Shown: one piece after another, positions 51,276 to 64,000 of the stretch | How positions within the stretch are numbered: position 1 is the first letter of the stretch | Layout: the number at the start of each line of letters is the position of its first letter | From: Phoronis australis | Taxonomy: Eukaryota > Animalia > Phoronida | Assembly (NCBI GenBank): GCA_002633005.1 | Contig: NMRA01000086.1 | Location: forward strand, 989,602-1,053,601 | Direction: 5' to 3' | DNA: 64,000 bases | Made by a program: the position numbers and the translations under genes | Notes under the pieces: generated by a model | The model's database searches: none | The model's input: the letters and a program-made list of their open reading frames with translations, nothing else | Told to the model about the DNA's origin: nothing

Positions 51276-52360
51276 GTAGCCGAGCGTCCACTCACTTTCT
51301 GTAGTCTTGCGCGGATAATGGGCAAAGACGTAGCTGAATGCATTGTGAGCACCTTGGATACAGTGTAGGCTCCTTAGTGTCCAGGCAATCCTTAAGTACG
51401 TGTATTTTCTCTTTTCGCTTTATACACCCATTGCTGCTGTCATTGCTTAAAACCTAGTGATTACCTGCGCGAATAGGAAACCAGAAACACTTTGGATAAA
51501 GTAAAATCCGATGTTTACTTTCTATGATAAATCCAAAATGAGAACATCACCTGACTGAAGCCCATGAAGAAAAGATCCCGAATCTGTGGAAAAACCCTTA
51601 TTGATGTGTGCAGACATCATTGGTTGAGCGGCAAGGCTGATGCTTACTCTAGACTTTTAATCTTATGATTTGTGATATCATTGGCAATAGCGCTAGAAGT
51701 AATTGCGTTTGGCCAAATCAAGGACGACTCCAGTAATGACGTGACCTCAGGCTGGACATTGAAGTATACATAGATCAGAAACAAGAGGGTTGCTTACAGG
51801 ACTCACTTTCTTAGATTTTATAATTGTATTCTGGACAGTGTATAACTTCCTTTCTCATCTTCAGGACATCACAGGCAAATTACGCGGCACAACAGTTGAT
51901 ATTTTTCAGTGCTGTATTGGTAAAATTAGAGGAAAGTAGGCGCCCAAGGCCCACCGCATCACCTTGAGCACTGAATGCAACTTACGGTACGTAGGCGCTA
52001 CGTTCAAATGCCAAAAGGTGGTTGGCTGCGCCTACGTGTGCCTACGCCCCACTACAGCACTAATATTGTACAAGAGTACGGAATGGTGAATGAGATTCAC
52101 TACCTGTATGAGGAACTTCGAGAGACTGCGGATGAAGTTCTCGATGGCAAGTATTTGCCATGGCTCGCGAGGCTGGTGAGGAACCCAACATGACGCGACA
52201 AACGCTTCATCAAAGACATCGAGCAATTCCTCCAAGTTCGAGTGTCAAGCATTTGAGAGCAGGGCGATACCGAGCCTAGATTACATTATATCCGAGCTTG
52301 GAGCCCGTGTTTTGAGAACTACGGTTATGGCCTCCTCGCTTTGGATCCATGCTTAACTCT
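51276..52360 (+). pseudogene. Fossil hAT transposase (P52rIPK/THAP12/ZMYM1-like)
   Basis: Frameshifted blocks VAERPLTFCSLARIMGKDVAECIVSTL, ALYTHCCCHCL-NLVI (CxxH), KPLIDVCR..W, TRGLLTGLTFLDFIIVFWTVYNFLSHLQDITGKLRGTTVDI, EEPNMTRQTLHQRHRAIP, AIPSLDYIISELGAR. Confidence 0.85.
51907..52062. mobile_element. 156-bp hAT-type MITE inserted in the fossil transposase
   Basis: TIRs CAGTGCTGTATTGG / CCACTACAGCACTA; 8-bp TSD ATATTTTT / ATATTGTA; removal restores VDIVQEYGMVNE. Confidence 0.75.
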
Positions 52361-53863
52361 GTCTCATCTCAGAAAATGTAGCTGGGAGTCACCGACGTGT
52401 ACATGTACATGTATAAAGCCGATCTGTCCTTACCCTAGCCACTTCAACAGGAAAATATGCGATGGAAGCTCAAGTGGATAATGTCAACAGAATGCGAACT
52501 CAAGACTATGCCCTGCACTATTATAGATTGAGTCCAAACTTCGTACAGATTGTCCACTAAAACAAAAAAGACAGTTATTAATAGTGTTTCGAGAATATAA
52601 ATCACAGGAGCATAACATTTGGAAGTGTAGTATGTAAACTTAGTGTGAATTTTGTAGTTTTATTGCTACTAAGTCCTCAAGTGGAACTTACGCCGTGTAT
52701 TTTGAGTTAATGTTCCTGTACCCATGTGCGCTGAATCTCTTGACAACAAAGTGTTGAATAGTTGTTGCTGCTGCCGTACAGGGTCGACGTCAATTTTTGC
52801 GAAAGATCAGCAAAGGTACACCGTTCTAGTAATTTGAACCACCCGTCGCGTAATCCTGGCTACAGCCGGGACTAAATGGCAATTGTGTCTACCTTGTCTT
52901 GACGTTTGCGTCCAAACTACGACTCTTCAAGAAGTCGCAATATTGGTTACACATGTTTCTTTACCCCAGAGCAAGAAGCGTCCACAGTATCTTTACACCT
53001 AGCGGCAAATTGTTGCAGGAGTAACATGTTTTTGGGCAACTCAAAGCATGGACGGCGCTTTAGAAATGAAATACAATACCTGCTGAAATTATAAAAAATC
53101 AGCATACGCGCAGCTCCTACAGGCGCCAAAAAACGGCAAATACAGTCCTATTGTAGTGCAAAAACTGTGTTTTCTTGCATGGTGTACATGTAAGTCCTAG
53201 AGAAAAATCGAATATCCGTGTCACATTAATAAATTGTTGCTAAATGACTATATAGAACCATTTTGTAGTCATACAGCGACACCTATAATATATATAGTCC
53301 ACACATTGTTTGGATGGAAATTCCAAGCAATGAGATGTTAAAAGGTTTTAGTCCTTGCCGGTCATGAGTTGCCATCAAATTACAACTTTTGTGTATCGAG
53401 ATATCTCGATTAAAATGTATTCTTCGCAAAACGTTTGGGGTGGGAGAGAAATAAGTATCCGTTTAGTGTTGATAGTGCGTAACCAACTTGTCCACCACAC
53501 CTAGAGATTGGATACACCAGAGGTCGCTTTGTCAAGTAATCATTTTAAAAGAAATTTGGAATGTTTTACCTTCACAGATCTAGCGTAGCTTACATAGTTT
53601 ATGGATATTTCAACTAACAAAAGAAAGTTTCGATTTGCGAAAGTAAGCCAGCTTGTGTTCCACTAAGTCTTTCCTTTAGCCGCGTGTGTAATCATTTACA
53701 TACGGGTTACGTGTCTAGTCAAACCACGTGACTCGACTCTGATGAGGCTTTCACTTCCTCTTCCTCTCACACGAAAATCAATTCCTTCCTGAACATTACA
53801 CTATCGGAAATTTATTTGATAAAACTAGTGTCTTTGTTGTTGACACGCGGATATGAACTCTCT

Positions 53864-53864
<1 letters not shown>

Positions 53865-53930
<66 letters not shown>

Positions 53931-53976
53931 TCCCTCTCNNNNNNNNNNCCCTCCCTCTCTCTCTCTCTCTCCCTCT
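53865..53976. repeat. (CT)n microsatellite with assembly gap
   Basis: Seen directly. Confidence 0.95.
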
Positions 53977-55567
53977 AATAAATAATAATTTGGTCACGGT
54001 TTTTTGGCCTTACTTATTTTACAAAATCAATGGAGGGCAGACATTTGAGTAAAAAATTGCATAGATTTGTGCTTCACGTAGACGTTCTAACCCGGACACA
54101 CTGTGCAAACAGTGACTTCCAAAAGGGTCGATCATGAGAAAAAGTACAACAAAATAAAATACACAGATCCCTAGAATATTCACAATAGAGATAAAATGCT
54201 AAAATGATCGCAGACGTTCTTGGTTATTTCATAGTTTCACGAGGCCATAATTGATCAATATATTATACATATTCAATGTATGTTCCTATGTACCTGTACA
54301 TGTACGTGAACGACGATGATGAATAGCGGAGCCGTGAAACGATGGACCTATTGTGTTAAAATATTATAAATAGTTAACGTCGGGTTTCCATTGTTTTATT
54401 TAATTGACTTATATCTCTGAAATTAATCTATAAATCATAAATGAGTCACACCATTACGGTAGTCCATCATTAATGGATCCTTCTTTTGTGATCCCGTCTG
54501 TCTTTATCTGATTGCAACAATATTATTTTACCTCGGGGTGTTACGACTAAAGCATAGGCTTTGAATACGCGTTTTCGTCTCTGCTGAAGCTTGCATCATC
54601 CAATTGACTCTCCTAGTGTGAAACAGGGTTACTTTTATCTTCTCCACGCAGCACTTCTTGCTTTTCGCTAAATTCAGCTCACGTTTGCACACTGGTGAGA
54701 TCTTTTATAATAGTTCCTGGGGGAGATAAACTCGATTAAACACTGACACTGTTGATCGAGAATTATTAGATTTGTCTACAAACAATTAGCAGGAGATCAC
54801 CTTACAAGCTAACAACTGCCTCGAGATAAAACTCTTCCTTTATTGACTGAGCTTGAAAGAAAAAGTTACTCAAGCAAATTTTGGTTCACCGGATGTTTTA
54901 CCAAGAGTCTATGATTGAGACAACATTTACAAGTGCAATGTACTTCACTCTACTGTCAGATATGTTGACCAAATATGCTATCACTAATTGAGTTCTATGA
55001 AATGCATTGGATGTGCATTTGTGTGCTTGATGTCGGCAAAATGCGAGTATACTATTGCTTAGTTTAAATCCCTCAAACAGACCAGGGCCATGAAGCAAAG
55101 CTATTTACCCTTTCGGACAGTTGCAGTCTAAGTACAAGGAGTACATGAAATTGATGTCGCTAAGTCTTTTTTGCAACCCCATTTCGCTGCTAGATTAGGG
55201 TAAAATTAAATGCATTATCGCAGAACTTGCAAATACTGATCTCTAGATTTCAACAGATATTATCAGACCAGTTTAAAGGTTATGATATCTTAACTATGAA
55301 TACCGAAACTTCGCCATACATGTATGCCTACAACTCAACAACATAAAAGCACTGCTTAAACTGACCTGGAAATTTCAACATATCGCCTGTCAGTTTTCTA
55401 CGATGCAGGTAGACAGGTACAGGTGTTCCAGTACCATTGCTAATGTTAATGATGTTTTCGCACAATATCATGTTCATTAAATACAGGGTGCAACTCCTGC
55501 AACATTTTATCTGTTCATTGTGAAAGTAACGCGCAAAATTAAAATACATTTCTGAGAACAAAGATTC

Positions 55568-56100
55568 ATGGTCGTGGTGGTGGTTGTGATGGTGGTGGTG
55601 GTGTTGGTGGTGGTGATGGTGGTGGTGGTGGCGGTGGAGTCTGATGAAGATGATGACCGATGACCGATGATGGCGGATGACGATTGTGATAGATATTAGT
55701 CCAAGGTGATGATTATGGTGGTGGTGGTGGTGGTGATGGCGATGGCGATGGTAATATATATGACAATGATGATGATGATGGTGGTGATGATAATGATGAC
55801 GATGAGGAGGAGGAGGATGACGATGATGACGATGATTGATGATAGTGACGCTTGTTTGAAACGATGAAGACGATGCTGATTATGATGATGATGATGATGA
55901 TGATGATGACGACGGTGGTTAGAATGGCGATGGTGACAATAATAATGCATGTTGATAGTGACTATGATGATGATGATGATGATTCATAACGATGTCGGTG
56001 GTTGACAATGATGATGAAGAAAACTTTGATAATGATGGTGACGGCTGCGATGACGAAAGACATCTTAGACGGTGTGCTGATGATGATAACGAAGGCGATA
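55568..56100. repeat. (GGT)n/(GAT)n compound low-complexity region
   Basis: Seen directly. Confidence 0.92.
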
Positions 56101-56499
56101 ACTTTAAGCTCAGTAGCTTTGATCTGTCACTTTTGGGTGTCTTTATGTTGACCCGGAGTCCTTTCCGTGGACATACGTATAATTAATTCACTTGTGAGTT
56201 AGGCTAGCTTGATTACCTACTTTGACTGTAATGTGTTACAATATCTTGTGCCTAATTTTCTTTTTAGCAAGCGTCTCAGAAACACTGTCCTTGGCATACT
56301 GGCCGGTACAGCTCCACTGTATAAACAAAAGATTTCCCTACTGGAATGCTTAGTTTGCAGAATTAATTGCACAGTGGCTCATGCTAACAAAAAATATGTA
56401 TGCAAAGGGCAAATACATTTCTATTACAATGTGGCTTCTTGCTTTCGAAAAATAAGTATGCACAACAATAGTAAATAAACCACAAGGTGAGAACATCTT

Positions 56500-56895
56500 T
56501 CATGAACAGAATCTCCTGCAAAAATACCCCACTTTGAATCCTACACGATAAGTGAAGTATTTGAAAACTTCCTCCATAAAGCGCCCCTTTCTACTCGAAA
56601 TTCACCTCTTTAAATCCAATACAATACGTGAGGTCGCAAAGAACATATCTCATAAAAGTTGTTTTCTTTACAATTCATCCCTTTGAATTCAACACGATAC
56701 GTGAAGTCAACCACCACAAACTGCATTTTCTTAAAGGTAACGTCGCTTAGAGCATATCTCTTAGACAGTCTTCTTCTACAAAGTTAAAGAATTTTGAATC
56801 CGACACGATAAGTGGTGTCGCTAAGAATTTATCTCACGAACAGCCTTTTCCACAAAAACACTTCACTTTGAATCTAACGCCATAAGTGATGACTG
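56500..56895. repeat. Degenerate ~75-bp-period tandem array
   Basis: Motif tttgaatcc-acacgata-gtga recurs near 56533, 56608, 56681, 56793, 56867. Confidence 0.65.
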
Positions 56896-59800
56896 GCAAC
56901 ATAGACTATAGAAAACAGATTCGCAACAATCGACATTTTCTTGGGAAACATCCTAGAGGAGGCGCCACCCTCTAAACATAGCAATCTCAGTTTCTGGTTA
57001 GTGTGTTGTGACGGGAAATCCTTCCATCTATTTTACTGTCTTGTACAACGAAGAAATAACGATTTCGGTATTGAAACGTTGTTCAAGGTCTTCCAACAGT
57101 TTTGAGCGGCAACGACGTGCATTTGAGCTTCAACTGAAACGTCAAGTAAACAACTGCTGAAGTACGAGATTGGTTTTTGAGTAGGCCTGGTAATAATCTC
57201 TGGAGTATTAATACAGTGCTGATCGAATCCAACGTCCTATCGAACGCGGCTAGGCCGCGTCCGGATACGGGTTCCAAACCGCGGTTGGACCGAGGCTAGC
57301 TCAGGTCCGGACTTCGTCTGACCGCGGTTAATCCGAAGTGAAGTCGCGTCCGTGCTGTGCCTTGGCTTTGTTTTTACTTCGCTCGGAAAGCTGGAAATAC
57401 TGGGGGGTTACTGTAAGTAAGCGTATGATGAGGCGATTAAATGCTCTGTGGCACATTGTACAACAGTTCATTATCAGATTTCGGTCGGGGTTACAGACGT
57501 ACGTGTGGGATATGTAAAGTTACTANACATTGTAAAACAGTTCATTATCAGATTTCGGTCGGGGTTACAGACGTGCGTGTGGGATATGTAAAGTTACTAA
57601 TTTGTTACTTTTAATCTGACGTATAGCCAGTATCATCGACGTTGTACCTTTCCTGATCTCCGGGCCTGATTGCGATTTCATAATTGAACTTTCAGTTAAC
57701 AGACTTGAGTCAGAAGTGGTTATAACAGCGTGTGGCTGAGTTGTGTGTGAGAGGCATACATGTACAACATGTAGTGGTTAATAAAATAATTATTATAACT
57801 CACTTCTTTGGCACATGGCATCTATTGTACTTTGGACAAAGTACAGTAGTTTGTTTTCCAGATAGATGATTTTGAAAGTGTTTTGCGTAAACGACATCCC
57901 CGTCACAGATTACTTATTAGTTTCATCTCCAGTAATGTTTCTGACGTGGTGTAAATTAAAAAAAAATGTCTACTCTTGTACCACGGACTATCTAGTGCAA
58001 TAGGCGAATCTCACAATTTTTATTTTCAATTTTGATATTTTCTTTTTCTTTAAATCGCGACACTACAATAAATAGGGGGGCGTGCGTGTAGAGTTTGAGC
58101 GAACTGATCAAATAATTATTATAGGGACGATCGGATCTTAAGTCGTTGTCAGGTCCTTCACTCCGTGTAGTAACAAATCTGGGTCACTAAAAGTGCTTAA
58201 TATAGGCAAGTCATCATGAATACCCACAGTTGCAACAAAGAAACTAGGCCATGGATCTTATCAACAGCAACAACAAAAGCAATATTGATCAACTGACCCG
58301 CAGTTATAGGCACACTTTATACACGTAGGGGGAAATCTGACCGTGCACCGAAAACGCGACCTCTTACAGATCCTCCGTACGAATAAGGTGAATTCTGGAC
58401 CAATGGTACACAGAGTAGGGGTTCGCGGGTATAGCCTACGGCATGGCCGTATATAGCGCCACTAAAGTCAACAAGCGCCGGTCCAATCGTTATCTATAGC
58501 ACACCGTACATTGTAGGAAGAAACGTGTTTTAAAACACTACTGTGAAATAACGTGAAATGTACGAGAACCATTGTGCGTTGAAACCCCATCGACAACTTT
58601 GTGCATTTAGACAAATATTTCCAAAATTATTGAATTTTTAAAACACAATGAAAAGAATCTGTTTTTAACGTACCGGTCAATCTCCGACAACCATTATCGG
58701 AGTTAATTGATCACGAACTCTGTTAAATTCGAAAAAAGAAAGAATACTACTGCATGTGTACGCATATTGCATCCATATTCTTATTTTTGATCGTATTTTA
58801 TTAATTTACCAAATAATCACAATGAAATCTAAAAAAGTTATTTCAATTTTTCGAATTGTCATTGTCGATTTTGTGCAAATTTTTGTAAGAATCACAAGTT
58901 TAAATTCGTTTTAATAAACATGCGGTCTAATACGCTTACAAGGAACTGAGGATGTCACGCATTTCTAAAGATATGCGTGAATTTTCACCTTTCGTCCTTC
59001 TAAGCGGCTTTACCAGAATCAATGAGAGCGCGGCACCGGAGTTTGAAACAGTTNCGTTTTAATAAACATGCGGTCTAATACGCTTACAAGGAACTGAGGA
59101 AGTCACGCATTTCTAAAGATATGCGTGAATTTTCACCTTTCGTCCTTCTAAGCGGCTTTACCAGGATCAATGAGAGCGCGGCACCGGAGTTTGAAAGAGT
59201 TGTGATGACCGCAATTAAGTGCATTTACCGGACCATAAACGTTAGTAAACATCTCTGCCTGTACAAGATGGCAAATTTTCAAATTGCATGAACCAAAAAA
59301 TGTCGTTAAAATGAACACCACGCTGTATTTAGCTGGAAAAAGCGACCACGTATGGTTTTCGTTTTTTTAAAAATCGATGAACTAATAAGCTAAAAACTAC
59401 AAACATTGAGTACAGTTGAAGATAAACGACCGTGCGTATTGATATACTCGGTGGATTGACACACACTGATCAGAGCTTACAATATCACATGCATTTATCT
59501 TTTAGTATTTTTTCAATCTATTTTAACCAGATTGTTAACTTGTTGTAATTTACTTGTGCCCATTCTCCATTTTTATGACTGACAAAAAGCTAAATTAGTT
59601 TTGCAGTCAGTACAACCGAAATTTTCCAGAGATTACAAATTTCATCTTGGCTATCACCATATTTACACTTTCGTATATTTTAGGCTAATAAAGATCAAAC
59701 TTGAAGTAATGACTAATGTTTAGTGTAACTAAGTTTCGCTGACGATCATAATTTACCACTGTTTCAGTACTTCAAGTTTAAAAATAAAATGTAAAAGTAT

Positions 59801-61835
59801 CAATCCGTTCCCAGTATGAGAAAAACTAAGTAGACAGGAGTGTTAAAAAAGAAATCGAATACCAAAAACTGGTGTTAAACAATTTTTAAAACCATCTTTC
59901 CTTTTGGGAAGTGTCTTTTTGTGAAGATAAAAACGAATTAACATTCTTAGTCATATTGTGTACCAAGTTAAAACTACTCTCCACAGCTGCAGGATGTAAC
60001 TCTGTGATAATGCCAGAGAAAACCTGTTTGGGTGTAAAAACAAACACGATTGTTGAGACAGTAGTGTAGGTTATTACCTTTAGACTTCATGAGTTCAGGT
60101 CTACATCAATACAAAGGGCGAGCTGAATAGGCATCGTTAAAGTTGTTTGGGGCTAAGAGAATCTGAGCGGTGACCAGTGTAAGCGAGAAAATTTCCTCAT
60201 AAATGCTCAAACAAGAGTGGAGAATCTTAAAAACTCCGTAAAATAGCGTTTTGGACAATATCTGCAAGAAGCCTGCAATATACTTAACAAAAAGCAAATC
60301 AGCTGTGTCTCAGGTACTATTTTAAAAGTTAGCTATAAGTTTGAACATGGTATATGATGTGAAAATTGCGCATTCAAGGTCAGGCACGCTATTCAGTTTC
60401 CCCGGGCCCATGGCATATGGACATAATACAGAGCGTATTTCCATGGCGTAGTCTCGAAATTCTCCATTTTTCTTTTGGTCGAGTCCGTGCAAGCGGGGTG
60501 GGTGAGGCGGTACTACCGTATTCGCCGTAATAACAGCCCATGCCCTATAGACCCTATTCACGCGGCGGCCATTAAGATCCAAAGCGAGGCTCGCTGCGAT
60601 AAAAAAGCGAAAGTAGACATTGCGTGAGTTAAATAGCCGGTCTTTCGATGTGTCGACAATTAACCACAGAGACGTAGAAAATTACATTAGAGANACCGAT
60701 AGCGACTGTTTGCAGTCTTGTCAGGAAATTGAGTTTCCGACTTAAGACTCATTTTGTCGTGGTGGGTCACATATGACCAAATTGCGGCAATCGTAGTCGT
60801 GTTACGGATTAGGCATTATGCTGAATGCAGGGTTACGTTTTTTCTTGTAAATTGTTGAACAAAATACTTTCTACGCGGACCAGGTCATCTGCTCGTATTG
60901 TTGACGAGTTGCAGACATATTCGACAGTGGTGGCTGTCATGTGCAATCTGGTTTAATTTGTTGATCAAGAATATTAACATCAAGCATAGCCTGATCCTAG
61001 CACTCACTGGGACTAACAGTTGATTTTTCATTGATCTGAAAGAATAATTGGAGATGTTATTAAATATATTTTTATTAAAATAATAAACCATGCTCGTAAT
61101 TGAAAATAAAAATTATTTGACCATCAATTCTGCTTTCATGGTTGTAATAATTCTTACGTCTATTTCATGTGTTAGATTTCAAATATCAATCTGGACCAAG
61201 TTGAATTTTAAAATTNCCGTATTCGCCGTAATAACAGCCCATGCCCCATAAGCGCCCCCACGCGTTATCAGACTTCGCTGAAATAAGCCCCCAGTCCATG
61301 AACGTGTACATGCGAACAATGAAGTGCGCAAAGTCCGAAAACTCGGTTACAGTAACGTCTTCAATTTATCAAAAAATGTTTGCGCGGGTCTTCTAGACCA
61401 CCCGCGGCACTGCTACATGTACGTTTGTCTTTAGCCGTGACTATACGCTCCAAAGTAACGCCACGCTTCAAAAAAAAAGCAATTTTATAGCGTTGCTACT
61501 CTCGCGACGAACGTGTCCCGCTTATGGTCTGACCTATCAGTACAGGCACATCGACGGTCTCATGAATAAAAATAACTTGGTGTTCAACGCACGTGGCCAG
61601 GAAGCGCGTGCTTTATACATGAACCTGTCATCAAAGACATCAGTCGGGAACTATCACGACTCATAAGTATGTCGCACGCGCTGCCCCAGAAACAAAACAG
61701 GGTTACATATATCACCTGCAGTCTTTTGTGTTTGGTTAGCGAACAGTTAACGGGAACTTCGTTGCGCACCAAAGGATATTACGAATAATCAGTCAAGGCG
61801 TGTCGTTACACGACAAATATATACCTTATTTCCTA

Positions 61836-61955
61836 TCACAAAGTTTTGCGAGTCGCTTCTGTTCATGGTCAGCAACATCTCTGTTTATGCTCGCGTCACA
61901 AAGTTTTGCGAGTCGCTTCTGTTCATGGTCAGCAACATCTCTGTTTATGCTCGTG
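61836..61955. repeat. 60-bp direct tandem duplication
   Basis: tcacaaagttttgcgagtcgcttctgttcatggtcagcaacatctctgtttatgctcg x2. Confidence 0.9.
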
Positions 61956-62923
61956 TCAGCAATAACTATCACAAATCTGCGCGCAAGTTCAAGCCGTCTA
62001 AAACGGCAAATCGAAAATTTGTCGACACCCGATCGCATAAATTCTAAGATTTCGGACACCGTCAATTTTTGCCGACTTTCTCGGCACATTTCATGAGTTT
62101 CGGACGGCCAATATTGGCTATTTCTAAAACTTCGGACAGGTTCTGACTTTACAAGTCGATGCTGAAGTTTATTACCCGATTTTAAATGCTCGCGCGGAAA
62201 GAGTTCTCAGACAATTAAAAATGGTCGACATTCTTTCAATTACCGTAATTGGCAAATTTATCGAGAGAATGATGTTCAAGGGATCTGAATGGAGAATGTC
62301 CATGTTTGAAACGTTTATTCAACAAAACTGAAAAAATAGGACTCAAGCCGTGTAACCTGCGTACTAATGCCTCCGAACGCTAAATTTTCACCAGTTCTTT
62401 GTTTCTCGCAAGCTGTGCATCAATTTTTGCCAATCGATGACTGTATATGATCGGGTTTAATCAAGACTTAGCAACATGGAACTAAAATTGATTGAATAAA
62501 TTCCTATGTAGTTATAAAGGTGAATTCTACTCTGATGTGTTCTCAAGGCCTTGTCAATGATTACGTAATACTGCACAAGCGATTTGTGTGGTTGGCTGGC
62601 TCTCCACTGAGCTATTGTTAGGAAGGCTTTGTCATGAGGCACAGCCAGCAACTGGGTAAGGGAAGCAGTCGCCCCTGAGGAGGCTGACCCTCATTAAGTT
62701 CATGAAACAGGTAGCATAGCATTGGTAAGAAATGACTATTGGCACTTATTTCCGACAATTTCTAATACTATAAAAATGTTTGCGTTATTTCTGAGATGGA
62801 TTGTTTGATAAACCATAATTGGTGCTTTTAAGCCAAATATCCGATAGATGGCAACTGACAGTGAATGCTTACACAACCTTACACTGAAAAATAACTGTCA
62901 GATAGTTACATACGCATCCAGCT

Positions 62924-64000
62924 CATAGGCGGATTTAGGGGGGGCAGGGGGCCCGGGCCCCCCCTTGGCTGCCGCAAAAAATAAAACAGTAAGAGCGTAG
63001 GGAAATGGTGAGTTTATTAATTAACCTCGGTAATTAAAATTATACGGATGAAAAAAGATTTAAATGTGTGCAGTTTTAGTGTCGTGGGGGGGCTCAAATC
63101 CAATTTCAAGTGTCAAATTCGGAACACGGCGCATTCGTAACGGAACTATGGCTAAATATAGAGCCGCAAAAAATAAAACAGTAAGAGCGTAGGGAAATGG
63201 TGAGTTTATTAATTAACCCCGGTAATTAAAATTATACGGATGAAAAAAGATTTAAATGTGTGCAGTTTTAGTGTCGTGGGGGGGGGCTCAAATCCACTTT
63301 CAAGTGTCAAATTCGGAACACGGCGCATTCGTAACGGAACTATGGCTAAATATAGGATCTCCCGCGATATCCTGGGCGACCGGTAGTGGCGCTGCGCACT
63401 ACGACTCCGTTTACGTCGTCTGCTCCACTGTGCAATGAAGAAAATTTACTTCATTTTTTAAATAAAATGGAACCTGAGTGACGATGAAAAAAAACAGAAG
63501 CTGCTGGTAAGATGTGAATTTTAATCGAAGCCTTAGTGAATCACTCAGAAACTTGCAATACTCTCTTTGTCAAACCTTATCTTAAGACGATTTCCAAGCA
63601 ATCCCGTCATTATTGCCAACACGAAAAATGGGTCTTTTGGGAATTTGAAGACTATTTCAAATACGACAAATTTGTTAAGAATTGATGGCACAAAATATGA
63701 AACGTGTAATAAGCATTACAAAAAGAAGTAGGTTTCGCGCGCAAACGCTGTGGCCCATAAACAAGTAGGTCTTTTAGTATTAGATCGGTAGATATATCGT
63801 AGTGGTGTAGTGGTTACGTACGCGCGCTTTATACGCAAGGTCGTGAGTTCGAGTCTTTGGTACTTGCATGTTTTCCTGTTTGACACGTTTTCCTCTTTTT
63901 TTCTTGGATAATACTTCAGGAATCAAGGGAAATGCTTGATTTTTAGAGGTAAAAACAGAAAACGTTCCTGGGCGGGAGGGGGGCAAACCCCCCTCCCGAC
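62924..64000 (-). mobile_element. ~1-kb non-autonomous TIR element, copy 3 (inverted, with ~190-bp internal duplication)
   Basis: Starts CATAGGCGGATTTAG; reverse complement of copy 2; block 62971-63160 repeated from 63163. Confidence 0.85.

Noticed and set aside
53735-53780. Hammerhead ribozyme (CTGATGAG...GAAA; also 22371)
   Set aside because: Stem II and flanking stems cannot be formed; the 22371 match lies within Penelope coding remnant.
55696-56186. His-rich and Asp-rich ORFs (also 28799-29029)
   Set aside because: Translations of GAT/GGT microsatellites.
56500-56895. CRISPR-like array
   Set aside because: Eukaryotic context, degenerate repeats, mutually similar spacers and no cas genes.
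57453-57600. ~75-bp direct duplication
   Set aside because: Copies are separated by a single n; contig-join or haplotype-overlap artefact.
58907-59201. ~147-bp direct duplication
   Set aside because: Separated by a single n; assembly overlap artefact.
60516-61250. Repeat of ccgtattcgccgtaataacagcccatgcc at 60516 and 61217
   Set aside because: The second copy starts right after an n; likely an alternative haplotype joined in the scaffold.
61826-62089. 87-aa minus-strand ORF with duplicated SINRDVADHEQKRLAKLCD
   Set aside because: The repeat is only the 60-bp DNA duplication; no ATG start, domain or partner exons identified.

Overview
Eukaryotic, AT-rich, intron- and transposon-rich invertebrate DNA, probably lophotrochozoan (inference). 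Most of the ORF track is noise. Reading splice sites by hand gives three complete spliced genes with consistent intron phases. (1) A 9-exon, 414-aa nicotinic acetylcholine receptor alpha-like subunit on the minus strand (17885->3577). Its ligand-binding aromatic box and vicinal CC are intact, but every ECD-to-pore coupling element is remodelled: acidic C-x15-C Cys-loop without FPFD, altered loop 2 and GEW, a 20-aa charged linker replacing the top of M1, and a 60-nt M2 exon. It is a candidate membrane-tethered or sheddable AChBP-like uncoupled receptor and is the main find. (2) A 4-exon, 360-aa type II membrane JmjC/cupin protein with an HxD...H triad (22766-29978, +). (3) A 5-exon, 623-aa secreted protein resembling bacterial DUF4434 glycoside-hydrolase-like TIM barrels (38554-45944, +). 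The rest is non-autonomous DNA transposons (Kolobok/THAP, P-like, Harbinger-like, hAT-like MITEs, a 6-bp-TSD TIR element), a fossil hAT transposase, a Penelope fragment, SINE-like heads, microsatellites and assembly-join duplications. All family assignments come from motif recognition, not database searches.
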